From: Alphaproteobacteria bacterium
Lineage (GTDB): Bacteria; Pseudomonadota; Alphaproteobacteria; UBA828
NCBI GenBank assembly: GCA_965214705.1
Contig: OZ243972.1
Span: 3,744,001 to 3,808,000 of the forward strand
Length of the DNA: 64,000 bases
Reading direction: 5' to 3'
The position numbers and the translations under genes were made by a program. Under the pieces are notes generated by a model. That model did no database searches. It saw only the letters and a list, made by a program, of their open reading frames with translations, and was not told the origin of the DNA. Within the stretch, counting starts at the first letter, position 1. Every line of letters begins with the position of its first letter. This document shows, piece by piece, positions 13,888 through 23,353 of the stretch.

Positions 13888-15930
13888 TTGACAGATTATC
13901 TGGTCGGAATCGACGTCGGAGGCACGTTCACGGATTTCGTGAGCTACAATTCTGAGACCAGGGCGGTCGATGTTTGGAAGATCCTGTCGACGCCCCACGA
14001 CCCCAACGAAGGCATCCTGGGCGGGCTCGGGCGCTTCGAGGCGCCGTCGGACATCCGCAACATCAGGCTGGGGACGACGGTGGCGACCAACGCGATCCTG
14101 GAGCGCAAGGGCGCGAAGGTCGCCTACGTGACCACCGAGGGCTTTCGCGACATCCCGTTCATCCAGCGGGGCAACCGGCGCAGCCACTACGACATCACCT
14201 GGATCAAGCCGAAGCCGCTGGTCAAGCGCCGCAACTGCTACGAGGTGAACGAGCGGATCATGTCCGACGGCACGGTGCACGTGCCGCTCGACGAGGACGG
14301 GGTCCGCGCCATCGCGCAGCAGATCAGGGAGGAAGGCTCCATCGAGGCGGTGGCGGTCAACTTCCTGTTCTCGTACGTGACGCCGGATCACGAGCGGCGC
14401 GCCAAGGAGATTCTGGAGGAGGAGCTGCCGGATATCCCGATCTCCATCTCCTACGACGTGCTGCCGAAGTGGAAAGAGTACGAGCGCGCGTCCACCACCA
14501 TCGCGGACGCCTACGTCAAGCCGGTGGTGAACAGCCAGGTCGCGAACCTGCGCGAGCGCTTCAAGGGGAGCGGGGTGACCGACCAGGCCGTGGTCATCAA
14601 GTCCAACGGCGGCGAGATGACCCTGGAGGCGGCGCAGCGGACGCCGATCCAGATGACCGTCTCCGGCCCGACGGGCGGGGTGATCGCGGGCAAGCATGTC
14701 GCCAAGCTGAGCGGGATCAGCCACCTCGTCACCCTCGACATGGGCGGCACGTCGACCGACACGTCGACCATCGTGGGCGGGCAGGAGAACTTCACCACCG
14801 ACTACGAGGTGGAGTTCGGCGTCCCCATCCAGATCCCCATGATCGACATCCGCACCATCGGCGCAGGCGGCGGCTCCATCGCCTGGATCGACAAGGGCGG
14901 CATGCTGCGCGTGGGGCCCGAGAGCGCCGGCGCGAACCCCGGCCCCGCCTGCTACGGCACCGGCGGCGAGCGCCCGGCAGTGACCGACGCGAACCTGCTA
15001 CTGGGCCGCATCAACCCCGAGAACTTCCTGGGCGGCGAGATGGCCCTCGATGTCGCGGCGGCCGAGAAGGCGATCGCGACCGTTGCCGAGCCCTTGGGCC
15101 GCACCGCCGAGGAGACCGCACTCGCCATCGTGCAGATCGCCAACAACAACATGGTGGGCGCGCTGCGCTCGGTGCTGATCGAGCGCGGTCTCGACCCGCG
15201 CGACTTCGCGCTATTGGCCTTCGGCGGCGCGGGGCCGCTGCATTCGGCCGACCTGATGAACGACGCCGGCATCCCGTCGGGCGTCATTCCCAACTACCCC
15301 GGCCAGTTCTCGGCCTTCGGCTTCATCCTCACCGATGCCCGCGTCGACGTGCAGCGCACGGTGCAGATGACCTCCAAGCGCTTCGACCAGGCGCGGGCGT
15401 CGGAGGTGATGCACGCGCTGATCGAGACCGGCATCGCCGAGCTGAAGGCGCAGGGCTACGTCAAGAACATCGAGATCTACCGCTCGCTGGAGATGCGCTA
15501 TCTCGGCCAGAACTACGAGCTGGAGATCCCGGTCGCCTTCGATTCCTTCACCGACGAGACCACGCCCAAGGTCTGGCAGGCGTTCCACGACATGCATCTC
15601 GCGCGTTTCGGCTTCAACATCCCGCGCGAGGTGATCGAGGTCATCACGGTCAAGGCCACCGTGGTCTCGCTCACCGAGAAGCCCGATCTCGCCACCATCG
15701 GCAAGGCCGACGGCGAGCCCGAGGTCGTCTCCACGCGCTCGGTCGTGTTCGACGACGGGCGCCACGACACGCCGATCTACAACCGCGCCCAGCTGCGCGA
15801 CGGCCACGCGATCACCGGGCCTGCGGTCATCGAGGAGCCGGTCTCGGTGACCGTGCTGCGCCCAGGCCAACCCATGAAGGTGGATCAGTACGGCAATCTT
15901 CTGATCGGCCGCATCGCCGAGGAGTCCTGA
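13888..15930 (+). CDS. hyuA: Hydantoinase A / 5-oxoprolinase family ATP-dependent subunit
   Basis: GIDVGGTFTD, GTTVATNAILERKG, SGPTGGV, DMGGTSTD, IGAGGGSIA, AFGGAGPLH. Start TTG 13888 or GTG 13882/13885. Confidence 0.93.
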   Translation: MTDYLVGIDVGGTFTDFVSYNSETRAVDVWKILSTPHDPNEGILGGLGRFEAPSDIRNIRLGTTVATNAILERKGAKVAYVTTEGFRDIPFIQRGNRRSHYDITWIKPKPLVKRRNCYEVNERIMSDGTVHVPLDEDGVRAIAQQIREEGSIEAVAVNFLFSYVTPDHERRAKEILEEELPDIPISISYDVLPKWKEYERASTTIADAYVKPVVNSQVANLRERFKGSGVTDQAVVIKSNGGEMTLEAAQRTPIQMTVSGPTGGVIAGKHVAKLSGISHLVTLDMGGTSTDTSTIVGGQENFTTDYEVEFGVPIQIPMIDIRTIGAGGGSIAWIDKGGMLRVGPESAGANPGPACYGTGGERPAVTDANLLLGRINPENFLGGEMALDVAAAEKAIATVAEPLGRTAEETALAIVQIANNNMVGALRSVLIERGLDPRDFALLAFGGAGPLHSADLMNDAGIPSGVIPNYPGQFSAFGFILTDARVDVQRTVQMTSKRFDQARASEVMHALIETGIAELKAQGYVKNIEIYRSLEMRYLGQNYELEIPVAFDSFTDETTPKVWQAFHDMHLARFGFNIPREVIEVITVKATVVSLTEKPDLATIGKADGEPEVVSTRSVVFDDGRHDTPIYNRAQLRDGHAITGPAVIEEPVSVTVLRPGQPMKVDQYGNLLIGRIAEES

Positions 15931-15932
15931 CC

Positions 15933-17660
15933 ATGACCCAGAAGCCCGACGTCGACATGGTCGCCATGTCGATCATCGACTCCACCATGACCGCGGTCTG
16001 CCGCGAAATGGGCATCGTCCTGATGAAGACGTCGTACTCGACGATCTTCAACGAGGCGCTGGACTTCACCTGCGCGCTCGCGAGCCCCGAAGGCGAGATG
16101 ATCGCGCAGGCCGAGTACTGCCCCTCGATGATCGGCGGCGTGCCCCTGCTGGTGCGAAGCTGCGTCAAGGAGATCCCGCTGGAGACCCTCGAGCCCGGCG
16201 ACGTGATCTGCCACAACGACCCCTATCGCGGCGGCCTGCACTGCCCCGAGCACACGCTGATCAAGCCGGTCTTCGTCGATGACGAGCTCATGGGCTTCGC
16301 CATGACCATCGGGCATCTGCAGGAGATTGGCGGCATGGTGCCGGGCGCCTTCGCCGGCGAGGCGACCGAGATCTTCCACGAAGGCATCCGCGTGCCCCCG
16401 GTCAAGATCAAGAGCCGCGGCGAGGACGTGGAGGAGGTGTGGAAGCTGCTGCTCGCGAACGTCCGTACCCCCCGCTACAACTACGGCGACCTGCGCGCCC
16501 TGATCGCGGGCGTGGACGTGGGCGAGCGCGGGCTCGCGAAGCTCATCCGCAAGTACGGCAAGGACAACTTCCGCCGCAACGTTCTGGACCTGATGGACTA
16601 CTCCGAGAGCCGCATGCGCGCGGAGATCGGCGCCATCGAGGACGGCGTCTATCGCTTTCAGGACCAGGTCGAGGACGACGGCATCGAGAGCAAGCCGTAT
16701 ACGATCAAGGTGGCGGTCCACGTCCAGGGCGGGGAGGTGGTGATCGACTATTCCGGCACCTCGCCGCAGGCGCTGGGCCCGATCAACGCCACCCTCGGCG
16801 TCTCCTACTCCGCCGCCTACAACGGCATCCTGCAGGTCACCGACGAGACCATCCCGAAGAACTCGGGTTGCTTCCGCCCGATCCGCGTGGTCTCGCCGCC
16901 CGGTACCTTGCTCAACGTGGACTATCCGGGGCCGGAGGTCGGCGGCAACACCGAGACCCACTGCAAGATTGCGGGCGCGGTGATCGGCGCGTTGGCGCCG
17001 GCGCTGCCGGATCGCACCATGGCGGCGGAGGGCGCGACGCACACCAACTTCGTCTTCGGCGGCACCGATGAGGAGACCGGCGAGGCCTTCGTCTGCTACG
17101 CCATCGAGCTCTCGGGCTGGGGCGGGCGCAGCTTCGCCGACGGCAACGACGCCACCGATTCGATCAACGGCAACTGCCGGGTGGTGCCGGTGGAGGTGTT
17201 CGAGACCCGCTTCCCGTTCCGCACCGAGTCCTACATCCTGGTGCAGGATTCCGGCGGCGCCGGCCTGAATCGCGGCGGTCTCAGCACCCAGCGCACGCTC
17301 AAGAGCCTGGATACCGAGATCATGGGCAGCCAGATGTCCGACCGCCACCGCAACCGGCCCTGGGGGCTAGGCGGCGGCCAGCCCGGCGGGCTTGCTGGCA
17401 CCTGGTATCAGCAGGCGAACACGACGAGCTGGCACATGATCGACGAGGCCTTCGGCAAGGCCAGCCCGAGCAAGTGGAGCAACGTGCGCATCCGGCCTGG
17501 CGATTCGATCCGCTTCCAGACTCCGGGCGGCGGCGGCTGGGGCGATCCGCGCGAGCGCTCGCGGGAGCAGGTGATCGAGGATCTGGCCGAGGGCTACATC
17601 TCGCCCGCCTCGGCGCGGGAGCACTACGGCCTGGACGGCGCCGCCGAAGCGGCGGAGTAG
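15933..17660 (+). CDS. hyuB: Hydantoinase B / oxoprolinase family subunit
   Basis: ATG 15933 follows the hyuA stop. EMG..LMKTSYS.IFNEALDF, NDPYRGGLH, H..EIGGMVPG, EIFHEG, PVEVFE.RFP, TPGGGGWGDP. The track's 13974 start is spurious. Confidence 0.93.
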   Translation: MTQKPDVDMVAMSIIDSTMTAVCREMGIVLMKTSYSTIFNEALDFTCALASPEGEMIAQAEYCPSMIGGVPLLVRSCVKEIPLETLEPGDVICHNDPYRGGLHCPEHTLIKPVFVDDELMGFAMTIGHLQEIGGMVPGAFAGEATEIFHEGIRVPPVKIKSRGEDVEEVWKLLLANVRTPRYNYGDLRALIAGVDVGERGLAKLIRKYGKDNFRRNVLDLMDYSESRMRAEIGAIEDGVYRFQDQVEDDGIESKPYTIKVAVHVQGGEVVIDYSGTSPQALGPINATLGVSYSAAYNGILQVTDETIPKNSGCFRPIRVVSPPGTLLNVDYPGPEVGGNTETHCKIAGAVIGALAPALPDRTMAAEGATHTNFVFGGTDEETGEAFVCYAIELSGWGGRSFADGNDATDSINGNCRVVPVEVFETRFPFRTESYILVQDSGGAGLNRGGLSTQRTLKSLDTEIMGSQMSDRHRNRPWGLGGGQPGGLAGTWYQQANTTSWHMIDEAFGKASPSKWSNVRIRPGDSIRFQTPGGGGWGDPRERSREQVIEDLAEGYISPASAREHYGLDGAAEAAE

Positions 17661-17669
17661 GGCGGGCGG

Positions 17670-18908
17670 CTACGACTGGCGGCGCTCCGCAACGAGGGCG
17701 TCGAGCTTCTCGAGCAGGGCTGTGCGGTCGGGCGCGAAGTCCTGCTCGATCCACCAGTCCTCGACGGCTCTGAGGAGCTGGCCGACCTCGGGTCCCTCTG
17801 GAACGCTGCGCGCAAGCACATCGGCCCCAGTGACCGGGAACGTTGGCGTCTGCCATTCCTCGGCTGTCTCCAGCATCGCTCCCCAAGCCGCCTCGTCCTC
17901 GCTCCTTCTCTCGTCGGCCCAGGCCAGAAACACCCGGTCACGAAAGCCCTCCGCACCCAGCCGATAAAGGAGGCGCCGTTGGCCAGCCGGGTCGAGATTT
18001 AGATCGTGGACTAGTGCCGCAAGTCTCGCGGCGTCGGCGCTCGCGAGCTGCCAGCGTATGGCAATGGACCTCGCAGCGTCGGCGGCATCTCCGCCGCTGA
18101 TCAAGGCAGCGAGCCGTCTGATCGGGTCGGCGGGCTCGACGGCGGTCTGCTCGATTGCAATGAGGTTGGCAAGGCGTTCCGTCCCTTTCGCCTGTGGCAG
18201 CAGCACGTGGAGCACGCTGGTGTTGCCCATTTCTCGCACCGAGGGCACTGGATCGGGGGCCGCCAGAAGCTTCAGCACCTCCGCCTGCACCCGCTCGCCG
18301 GAAAGGGTGGGGATCGTGTGCGCCGCGTCCCTGCAGGCTGCCAGCGCGGCCAGATCAGGGGCGCCGTGGCCGTACCAGGCGTGAAAGCGGAAGAAGCGGA
18401 GAAGGCGCAGGTGGTCCTCGGCGATGCGTGTGGCGGGGTCGCCGACGAAGCGAACGCGCCCTGCTACTAGGTCGTCGAGTCCTCTGAAATAGTCATGCAA
18501 GGTGCTGCCGTCGGGCGCGGCGCTCATGGCGTTGATGGTGAAGTCGCGGCGCGCTGCGTCTTCCCGCCAGTCGTCGGTGAAGGCGACCTCGGCATGGCGG
18601 CCGTCGGTGCGCTCGTCGCGTCTGAGCGTCGTGATCTCGTAGCGCTCGCCGCCGGCAAGCGCAGTGACGGTGCCGTGCTCGATGCCGCGCGGGACGGTGC
18701 GGGTCTCGATGCCTGCGTCCCGTAGCAACGCCATCACCCGCTCGGGCGGATCGGGCGTGCCGATATCGATGTCGTCGCTCTCGCGCTCCAGCAGCGCGTC
18801 GCGCACGCAGCCGCCGACGAAGCGGACATCGGCGCCCTCGGCGGTGAGCGCGTCGATTACCGCGCGGGTGGCCGGCGCGGTGATCCAGGGAGCGTGGACG
18901 GTGCTCAG
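17670..18908 (-). CDS. cca: CCA tRNA nucleotidyltransferase / poly(A) polymerase family
   Basis: RFVGGCVRDALL..DIDI, GIEHGTVT, EITTLRRD, DAARRDFTINAM, RIAEDHLRLLRFFRF, SGERV. Start uncertain; CTG 18908 proposed. Confidence 0.92.
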   Translation of the reverse strand: MSTVHAPWITAPATRAVIDALTAEGADVRFVGGCVRDALLERESDDIDIGTPDPPERVMALLRDAGIETRTVPRGIEHGTVTALAGGERYEITTLRRDERTDGRHAEVAFTDDWREDAARRDFTINAMSAAPDGSTLHDYFRGLDDLVAGRVRFVGDPATRIAEDHLRLLRFFRFHAWYGHGAPDLAALAACRDAAHTIPTLSGERVQAEVLKLLAAPDPVPSVREMGNTSVLHVLLPQAKGTERLANLIAIEQTAVEPADPIRRLAALISGGDAADAARSIAIRWQLASADAARLAALVHDLNLDPAGQRRLLYRLGAEGFRDRVFLAWADERRSEDEAAWGAMLETAEEWQTPTFPVTGADVLARSVPEGPEVGQLLRAVEDWWIEQDFAPDRTALLEKLDALVAERRQS

Positions 18909-19183
18909 TCGATGACCTCGCCGGGCACGATCTCGCCGTCGACGATGCGCGCCGGCACGTAGGTCCCCTCGGGGTCGCCGCCGGCGGTCAACGCCCATAC
19001 CACCAGGCTCGCCGCCGCGAGAACGAGGCCGCTGCCGAGGAGCCTGACCCACGGCATCTTGCGCAGCTGCGCCGCCATATGGCTGCGGCTCAGCTGAAGC
19101 CGTCGCGACAGGATGAGGAAGGCGAAGTAAAGGATCGTCGGCGCGAGCAGGATCAGAATATGGATCAGGGTGGTTCTCAACAT
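18905..19183 (-). CDS. Small two-TM membrane protein (DUF6111-like)
   Basis: MLRTTLIHILILLAPTILYF...PW..L...GTYVPARIVDGEIVPG; typical position between nudL and cca in Alphaproteobacteria. Confidence 0.75.
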   Translation of the reverse strand: MLRTTLIHILILLAPTILYFAFLILSRRLQLSRSHMAAQLRKMPWVRLLGSGLVLAAASLVVWALTAGGDPEGTYVPARIVDGEIVPGEVID

Positions 19184-19839
19184 GATGCGCGCACCACATC
19201 CCGGAAGTTGACGAGAATCGCCGCCGTAGCGCCCCAGATATGATACGCCTCGTAGGGCATCACGTAAAAACGCCGCTCGACGCCGCCGATCGTCATCTTG
19301 TCGCGGCGGTAATTGGCGGGCTCCAGCACGAAAGAGAGCGGCACCTCGAAGACCTCTGCGACCTCGCTTGTATCCGCCTCGAAGGCCGGCGACGCCGTGA
19401 CGAAGCCGACGACAGGGGTGATGCGGTAGCCGGTGCCCACCAGATAGTCGTCGAGCCGGCCGACGATCTCGACCTGCGGTGCGGGCAGCCCGATTTCCTC
19501 CTCGGCCTCGCGCAGCGCCGTTCTCTGCGGGGTCCCGTCCTCGGGATCGGCGCGGCCGCCGGGGAAGCTGATCTGGCCGGCGTGGCGCGCGAGCCGTTCG
19601 GCTCGCTTGGTCAGCAGTACCGAGAGCGTGCCGGCACGCTCGATGACGGCGACGAGCACGGCGGCAGGCGTAATCGGCTCCGATGGCGGCAGACGGCCCC
19701 ATGACTCTTCGCTGTGACGAAGCGAGCCCGGTACGCGGGCGGCGGGCTCCCGCTCCGCTGCGGCGATGACCGCCTCCCACGGCTGGTCCGGCGCGCCCGG
19801 CGCACCACGCGCCACGGCGCGCAGAATGTCGGCTTGCAT
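19177..19839 (-). CDS. nudL: Nudix CoA pyrophosphatase
   Basis: AAVLV, LLTKRA..L..HAGQISFPGG, Nudix box ALREAEEEIGL, IWGATA. Confidence 0.92.
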   Translation of the reverse strand: MQADILRAVARGAPGAPDQPWEAVIAAAEREPAARVPGSLRHSEESWGRLPPSEPITPAAVLVAVIERAGTLSVLLTKRAERLARHAGQISFPGGRADPEDGTPQRTALREAEEEIGLPAPQVEIVGRLDDYLVGTGYRITPVVGFVTASPAFEADTSEVAEVFEVPLSFVLEPANYRRDKMTIGGVERRFYVMPYEAYHIWGATAAILVNFRDVVRASC

Positions 19840-19859
19840 CGACGGGGCTCGTCAGGCGC

Positions 19860-20378
19860 TCAGGCTGCGTCGTCGAAGGGAAAGAACACGCCGTCGCTCC
19901 AGACGCCGAGCACCGGCCGGCCCTCGATCTCCCGCTCGACGCAGAGCTCCACCAGCGGATAGTAGGCCGCGCGCGCCACCCGCGCCTCCAGGCCATCGCG
20001 AACGGTGAGGTAGGGCGCCTTCTCGTTGGACTCCGGCAAGGAGCGGAAGGCGAGGGGATGCGCGGCGTCGGCGCTCACCCACTCGTCCAGGTTGGTGCGG
20101 AAGCGCAGGCGCTGGCCCTCGCCGTTGCCCTCGGCCTCCATCTCGACCGCAATGAAGGGCACGTCGTCGACCGTGATGCGCGCCTTCTCCACCGGGGTGA
20201 CGAGCCAATAATCGCCGTCCTCGCGTCTCAGCACGCTCGCGAAGAGCTTGACCAGCGGGAGCCGGCCGATGGGGCAGCCTTCGTGAAACCACGTGCCGTC
20301 GCCCGCGATCCTGATGTCGATGTCGCCGCAGAAGAGCTGCGGCGGCCGCCCAGCGGCCGGTGCCTGCGATTCGCCCAT
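19860..20378 (-). CDS. DUF1285 family protein
   Basis: CGDIDIRIAGDGTWFHEG.PIGR..LVKLFASVLRRE, LVTPVEK..I.V.DVPF, FRTN, PY..VR.GLEA. Confidence 0.88.
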   Translation of the reverse strand: MGESQAPAAGRPPQLFCGDIDIRIAGDGTWFHEGCPIGRLPLVKLFASVLRREDGDYWLVTPVEKARITVDDVPFIAVEMEAEGNGEGQRLRFRTNLDEWVSADAAHPLAFRSLPESNEKAPYLTVRDGLEARVARAAYYPLVELCVEREIEGRPVLGVWSDGVFFPFDDAA

Positions 20379-20553
20379 GCGCGCACTATAGCCGAGCGAA
20401 GGGGTTGCGGGGTCATATCCGATGATCGCCCTGCCGCATTCGGCGAGTAGCTCGGAAGCACCCCCTCCTCACCCCAAACGTCTATATGGACGCTTCCCAC
20501 CGCTGATGCTGTCGCTCGGGAAGGTTGAGGAGGGGGCTACGAAGCCTACAGTC

Positions 20554-20728
20554 TCAGTCGTTGAAGGGGACGTGGGCGATACCCTCGTCGACCTTGATGC
20601 GGAGCACACCGCAGAAGCTGCCGAGAAACTGGTAGCAGCCGATCGTCACCACGAGATCGACGAGCCCCGCGTTGCCGAGCTCTGCACGCGGCTGAACCAC
20701 CAACGCGTTGTCAACGTCTCCGTCGCCG
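20554..20728 (-). pseudogene. Decayed copy of the 3' end of the CMD-family gene at 23354-23911
   Basis: Reads GDGDVDNALVVQPRAELGNAGLVDLVVTIGCYQFLGSFCGVLRIKVDEGIAHVPFND*. 26 mismatches in 174 nt by hand count, no indels, offset exactly 2800, no in-frame start nearby. Confidence 0.9.
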
Positions 20729-20754
20729 CGCTTCTGTAAGACCCAGCATGAAGG

Positions 20755-20792
20755 GCGCAGGGCAGGGCGCGTCAGGGCACCCCGCCCTGCGC
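20755..20792 (-). terminator. GC-rich stem-loop just after the SBP stop (terminator or stabiliser)
   Basis: Minus-strand RNA GCGCAGGGCGGGGUGC-CCUGAC-GCGCCCUGCCCUGCGC, 16-bp stem with G-U pairs; U-tail weak. Confidence 0.55.
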
Positions 20793-20800
20793 AAGGGAGG

Positions 20801-21919
20801 CTACTTCGCGAGCCAGGTGTTGAACACCTCGTCGAGCTCTGCCCGGTGGTCGGCCCACCAGACGTAGTCGAAGTCGAAAATAGTCGCGGCGTTGTTTGGA
20901 TCCGTCGGCATATGGGGCTTCATGTCGATGCCGAGATCGGCATGGTTGCCCACGAGCGGCGCCGACGAGTAGCGCGCCGGACCGTAGGAGATGAACTTCG
21001 CCTGGTCCGCCAGACGCTGCGTATCCGTGGCAAAGTGGAGATACGCCTTCACCGCATCGAGATCCTTGACGCCGACCGGCACGACCCAGCCGTCGAGATC
21101 GAAAATCTGCCGATCCCACATCATGGCGATGGGCTGGTTCTTCTCCGCGATGGCCGAGAAGAGGCGGCCGTTGTACGCCGAGGCAATGACGACCTCGCCG
21201 TCCGCCAGAAGCTGCGGCGGCTGGGCTCCCTTGGTCCACCACACCACCTGATCCTTGATAGTATCGAGCTTTGCCAAGGCACGGCTCACGCCCTCGGACG
21301 TGCTGAGCATGCCGTAGACATCCGCAGGTGCCACGCCATCGGCGAGCAGCGCCCATTCGAGATTGTTGATCGGCCGGCGCTCCAGCGAGCGCTTGCCGGG
21401 GAACTTCTCCAGATCGAACACGTCGGCGATCGAGGACGGCTGCTCACCCTCGAAGACATCGGTGCGATAGCCGAAGGTCGTGGAATAGACGATCTGCGGG
21501 ATGAAGCAGTTGGTGCCACCCGGTGACAGCGTGCCGGCGAAGAAATCCTCCGACGCTGGCGTTCCATCGGGAGCCGGGGCCAGCCACGTGTCGGGATCGA
21601 TCTCCATGATCAGGCCTTCGTCGCACGCGGTAATCGCATCGGCTGCGACCATGTCGACGATGTCCCAAGTGACGTTGTTCGACTCCACCTGTGCCCGAAC
21701 CTTGGCCAGCCCTTCGGCGGCGTTGTCGTCATTGATGATGTTGATGTCGGGGTTCGCGGCCATGTAGGGGTCGTGATAGGCCTTCTGCTGGCTCGCCGTA
21801 TAGGCGCCGCCCCACGACACGATCGTGAGGTCGAGTGCCTGGGCGCTCCCCGCCGCCAACGCGACGCCGGCGGCAACGATCGTGGAGCCCATCAAAAGCC
21901 TCACTGCCTTTAGCCTCAT
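20801..21919 (-). CDS. ABC transporter substrate-binding protein, PotD/PotF-like polyamine family (orphan)
   Basis: Signal peptide, LTIVSWGGAY..SQ, VTWDIVD, FDLEKFPGKRSL, LEWALLADGV, QLLADGEV...AYNGR. SD GAAGGAGG before ATG 21919. Confidence 0.9.
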   Translation of the reverse strand: MRLKAVRLLMGSTIVAAGVALAAGSAQALDLTIVSWGGAYTASQQKAYHDPYMAANPDINIINDDNAAEGLAKVRAQVESNNVTWDIVDMVAADAITACDEGLIMEIDPDTWLAPAPDGTPASEDFFAGTLSPGGTNCFIPQIVYSTTFGYRTDVFEGEQPSSIADVFDLEKFPGKRSLERRPINNLEWALLADGVAPADVYGMLSTSEGVSRALAKLDTIKDQVVWWTKGAQPPQLLADGEVVIASAYNGRLFSAIAEKNQPIAMMWDRQIFDLDGWVVPVGVKDLDAVKAYLHFATDTQRLADQAKFISYGPARYSSAPLVGNHADLGIDMKPHMPTDPNNAATIFDFDYVWWADHRAELDEVFNTWLAK

Positions 21920-21989
21920 TGCTTTTCCTCCTTCGGTTGAGGGTGGGATCGACCGGCCGATGCTCGACGACCGCGCCGCCCATTGCATT

Positions 21990-22075
21990 TTCGAACGGTT
22001 CTAATACTATATTGTCTATTCTATCACATAAAATACTATTGTATCGCAGCTCAAACACAGCTTTTTTGCAAAACC
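21990..22075. promoter_or_regulatory. AT-rich divergent promoter/operator region between SBP and GntR
   Basis: Strongly AT-rich patch; AATACTAT at 22003-22010 and 22032-22039, each followed closely by TTGT. Confidence 0.5.
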
Positions 22076-22371
22076 CGACCCGGCGGGCGCCAGGCACATG
22101 ATCGTCGAAACCTTGGCCGGCCGGTGGATGGCCGCGTCGAGATACGCTAGGCTCCGCGCCGATGCGTCCTATACGACTTGAGGCGAATGACGTGATCACC
22201 AACCTCGCCGAGAGTTGCCGAATGACGTCCGCAAGGGTGACGTCGGGGCGTCCCCCGACTGGTTCGCCAAGGCTGCCGTGCCACCGTCCGCTTTGCCGGT
22301 CTCGTGGCCGTGGATCGTATGGCCCCCATTGGGCAGGTCGATAGCGACCGACTCGGGCAGACACAGGACAC

Positions 22372-23319
22372 ATGAACCAGCAGGAAGCACCGCCGCCGCA
22401 GGCGGCCGCCACAGCGACAGGCGGCAGCATGCCGAGCCCGCTTCAGCTCGAGATGGCGCGAAACATCCTGGAATATCTGTGCCGCCGCGAGATGAGTGCA
22501 GGAAATCACCTCACCGAGCAGGAGCTGGTGCGCGAGTTCAAGGTGTCGCGATCGCCCATCCGTGGCGCGCTGTCGTACCTGGCACACATGGGGATCGTCG
22601 AACGACGGCCCAACCGCGGATACTTCGTCAAGCTGAGCGGCAGTGAGCTCCGTCTCGACAGTCTGGAATTGCCCAGAACGGACGACGAAGAGCTCCTGCT
22701 TACGGTGGTGGAAGACTGGTTCGAGAAGAGGGTGCCGCAGTCGTTTTCCGAGGCGGAATTCCGCAGACGCTACGGGCTGGGCAAGATGACCGCCTCGCGC
22801 ATCCTCGTGAAGCTGTCCGAAGATGGCATCATTTCGCGAAATCGCGGCCACGGATGGCGTTTCGAGCCAGCTCTCAACACCAAGGGCGCGCGCGACGAGA
22901 GCTTCGCCTTCCGCATGGCCCTGGAGCCGGCCGCGATTTGCTCGCCGACCTTCGAGCTCGATCGAGGCCTGGCGGAAATGTGTCGTCGCAGGCACGACAC
23001 GGCGCTGCAGCAGCGGGAGCTGCCTTCGTACAGCACGTTGATCGAAATCGACGCCATGTTTCACCGACTGATCGGTGTTTCATCGCGCAACAGATATTTC
23101 CTTGTGGCCATCGAGCGACAGATCTCTCTCCGGCGCAGCCTGGAGTATGCAACCTGGACTGCCGTGAGAGCGCGCGTGATCGAGTCCTGTGGCGAGCACA
23201 TGGAGATACTGGACGCGCTGGAGATAAATCGGCGCGATGACGCCGCCGAGATGATGCGACTCCACCTCGCCGGCTCTCTCGACCTCACCACCTGGCGCGA
23301 GCTCGGCAACGCCGATTGA
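22372..23319 (+). CDS. GntR/FadR family regulator with two tandem wHTH domains and an FCD domain
   Basis: LTEQELVREFKVSRSPIRGAL...NRGYFV; second FSEAEFRRRYGL...L.EDGII.RNRGHGWRF; FCD motifs FHRLIG, EHMEILDAL, M.LHL. Confidence 0.9.
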   Translation: MNQQEAPPPQAAATATGGSMPSPLQLEMARNILEYLCRREMSAGNHLTEQELVREFKVSRSPIRGALSYLAHMGIVERRPNRGYFVKLSGSELRLDSLELPRTDDEELLLTVVEDWFEKRVPQSFSEAEFRRRYGLGKMTASRILVKLSEDGIISRNRGHGWRFEPALNTKGARDESFAFRMALEPAAICSPTFELDRGLAEMCRRRHDTALQQRELPSYSTLIEIDAMFHRLIGVSSRNRYFLVAIERQISLRRSLEYATWTAVRARVIESCGEHMEILDALEINRRDDAAEMMRLHLAGSLDLTTWRELGNAD

Positions 23320-23353
23320 GTCACGGCGCCCAGCGTAACGTGGGCCGACAGCC

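Noticed and set aside
13974-15932. 1228-aa ORF suggesting a large HyuB fusion
   Set aside because: The first 653 codons are an Arg/Gly-rich off-frame shadow of hyuA; real homology starts at ATG 15933.
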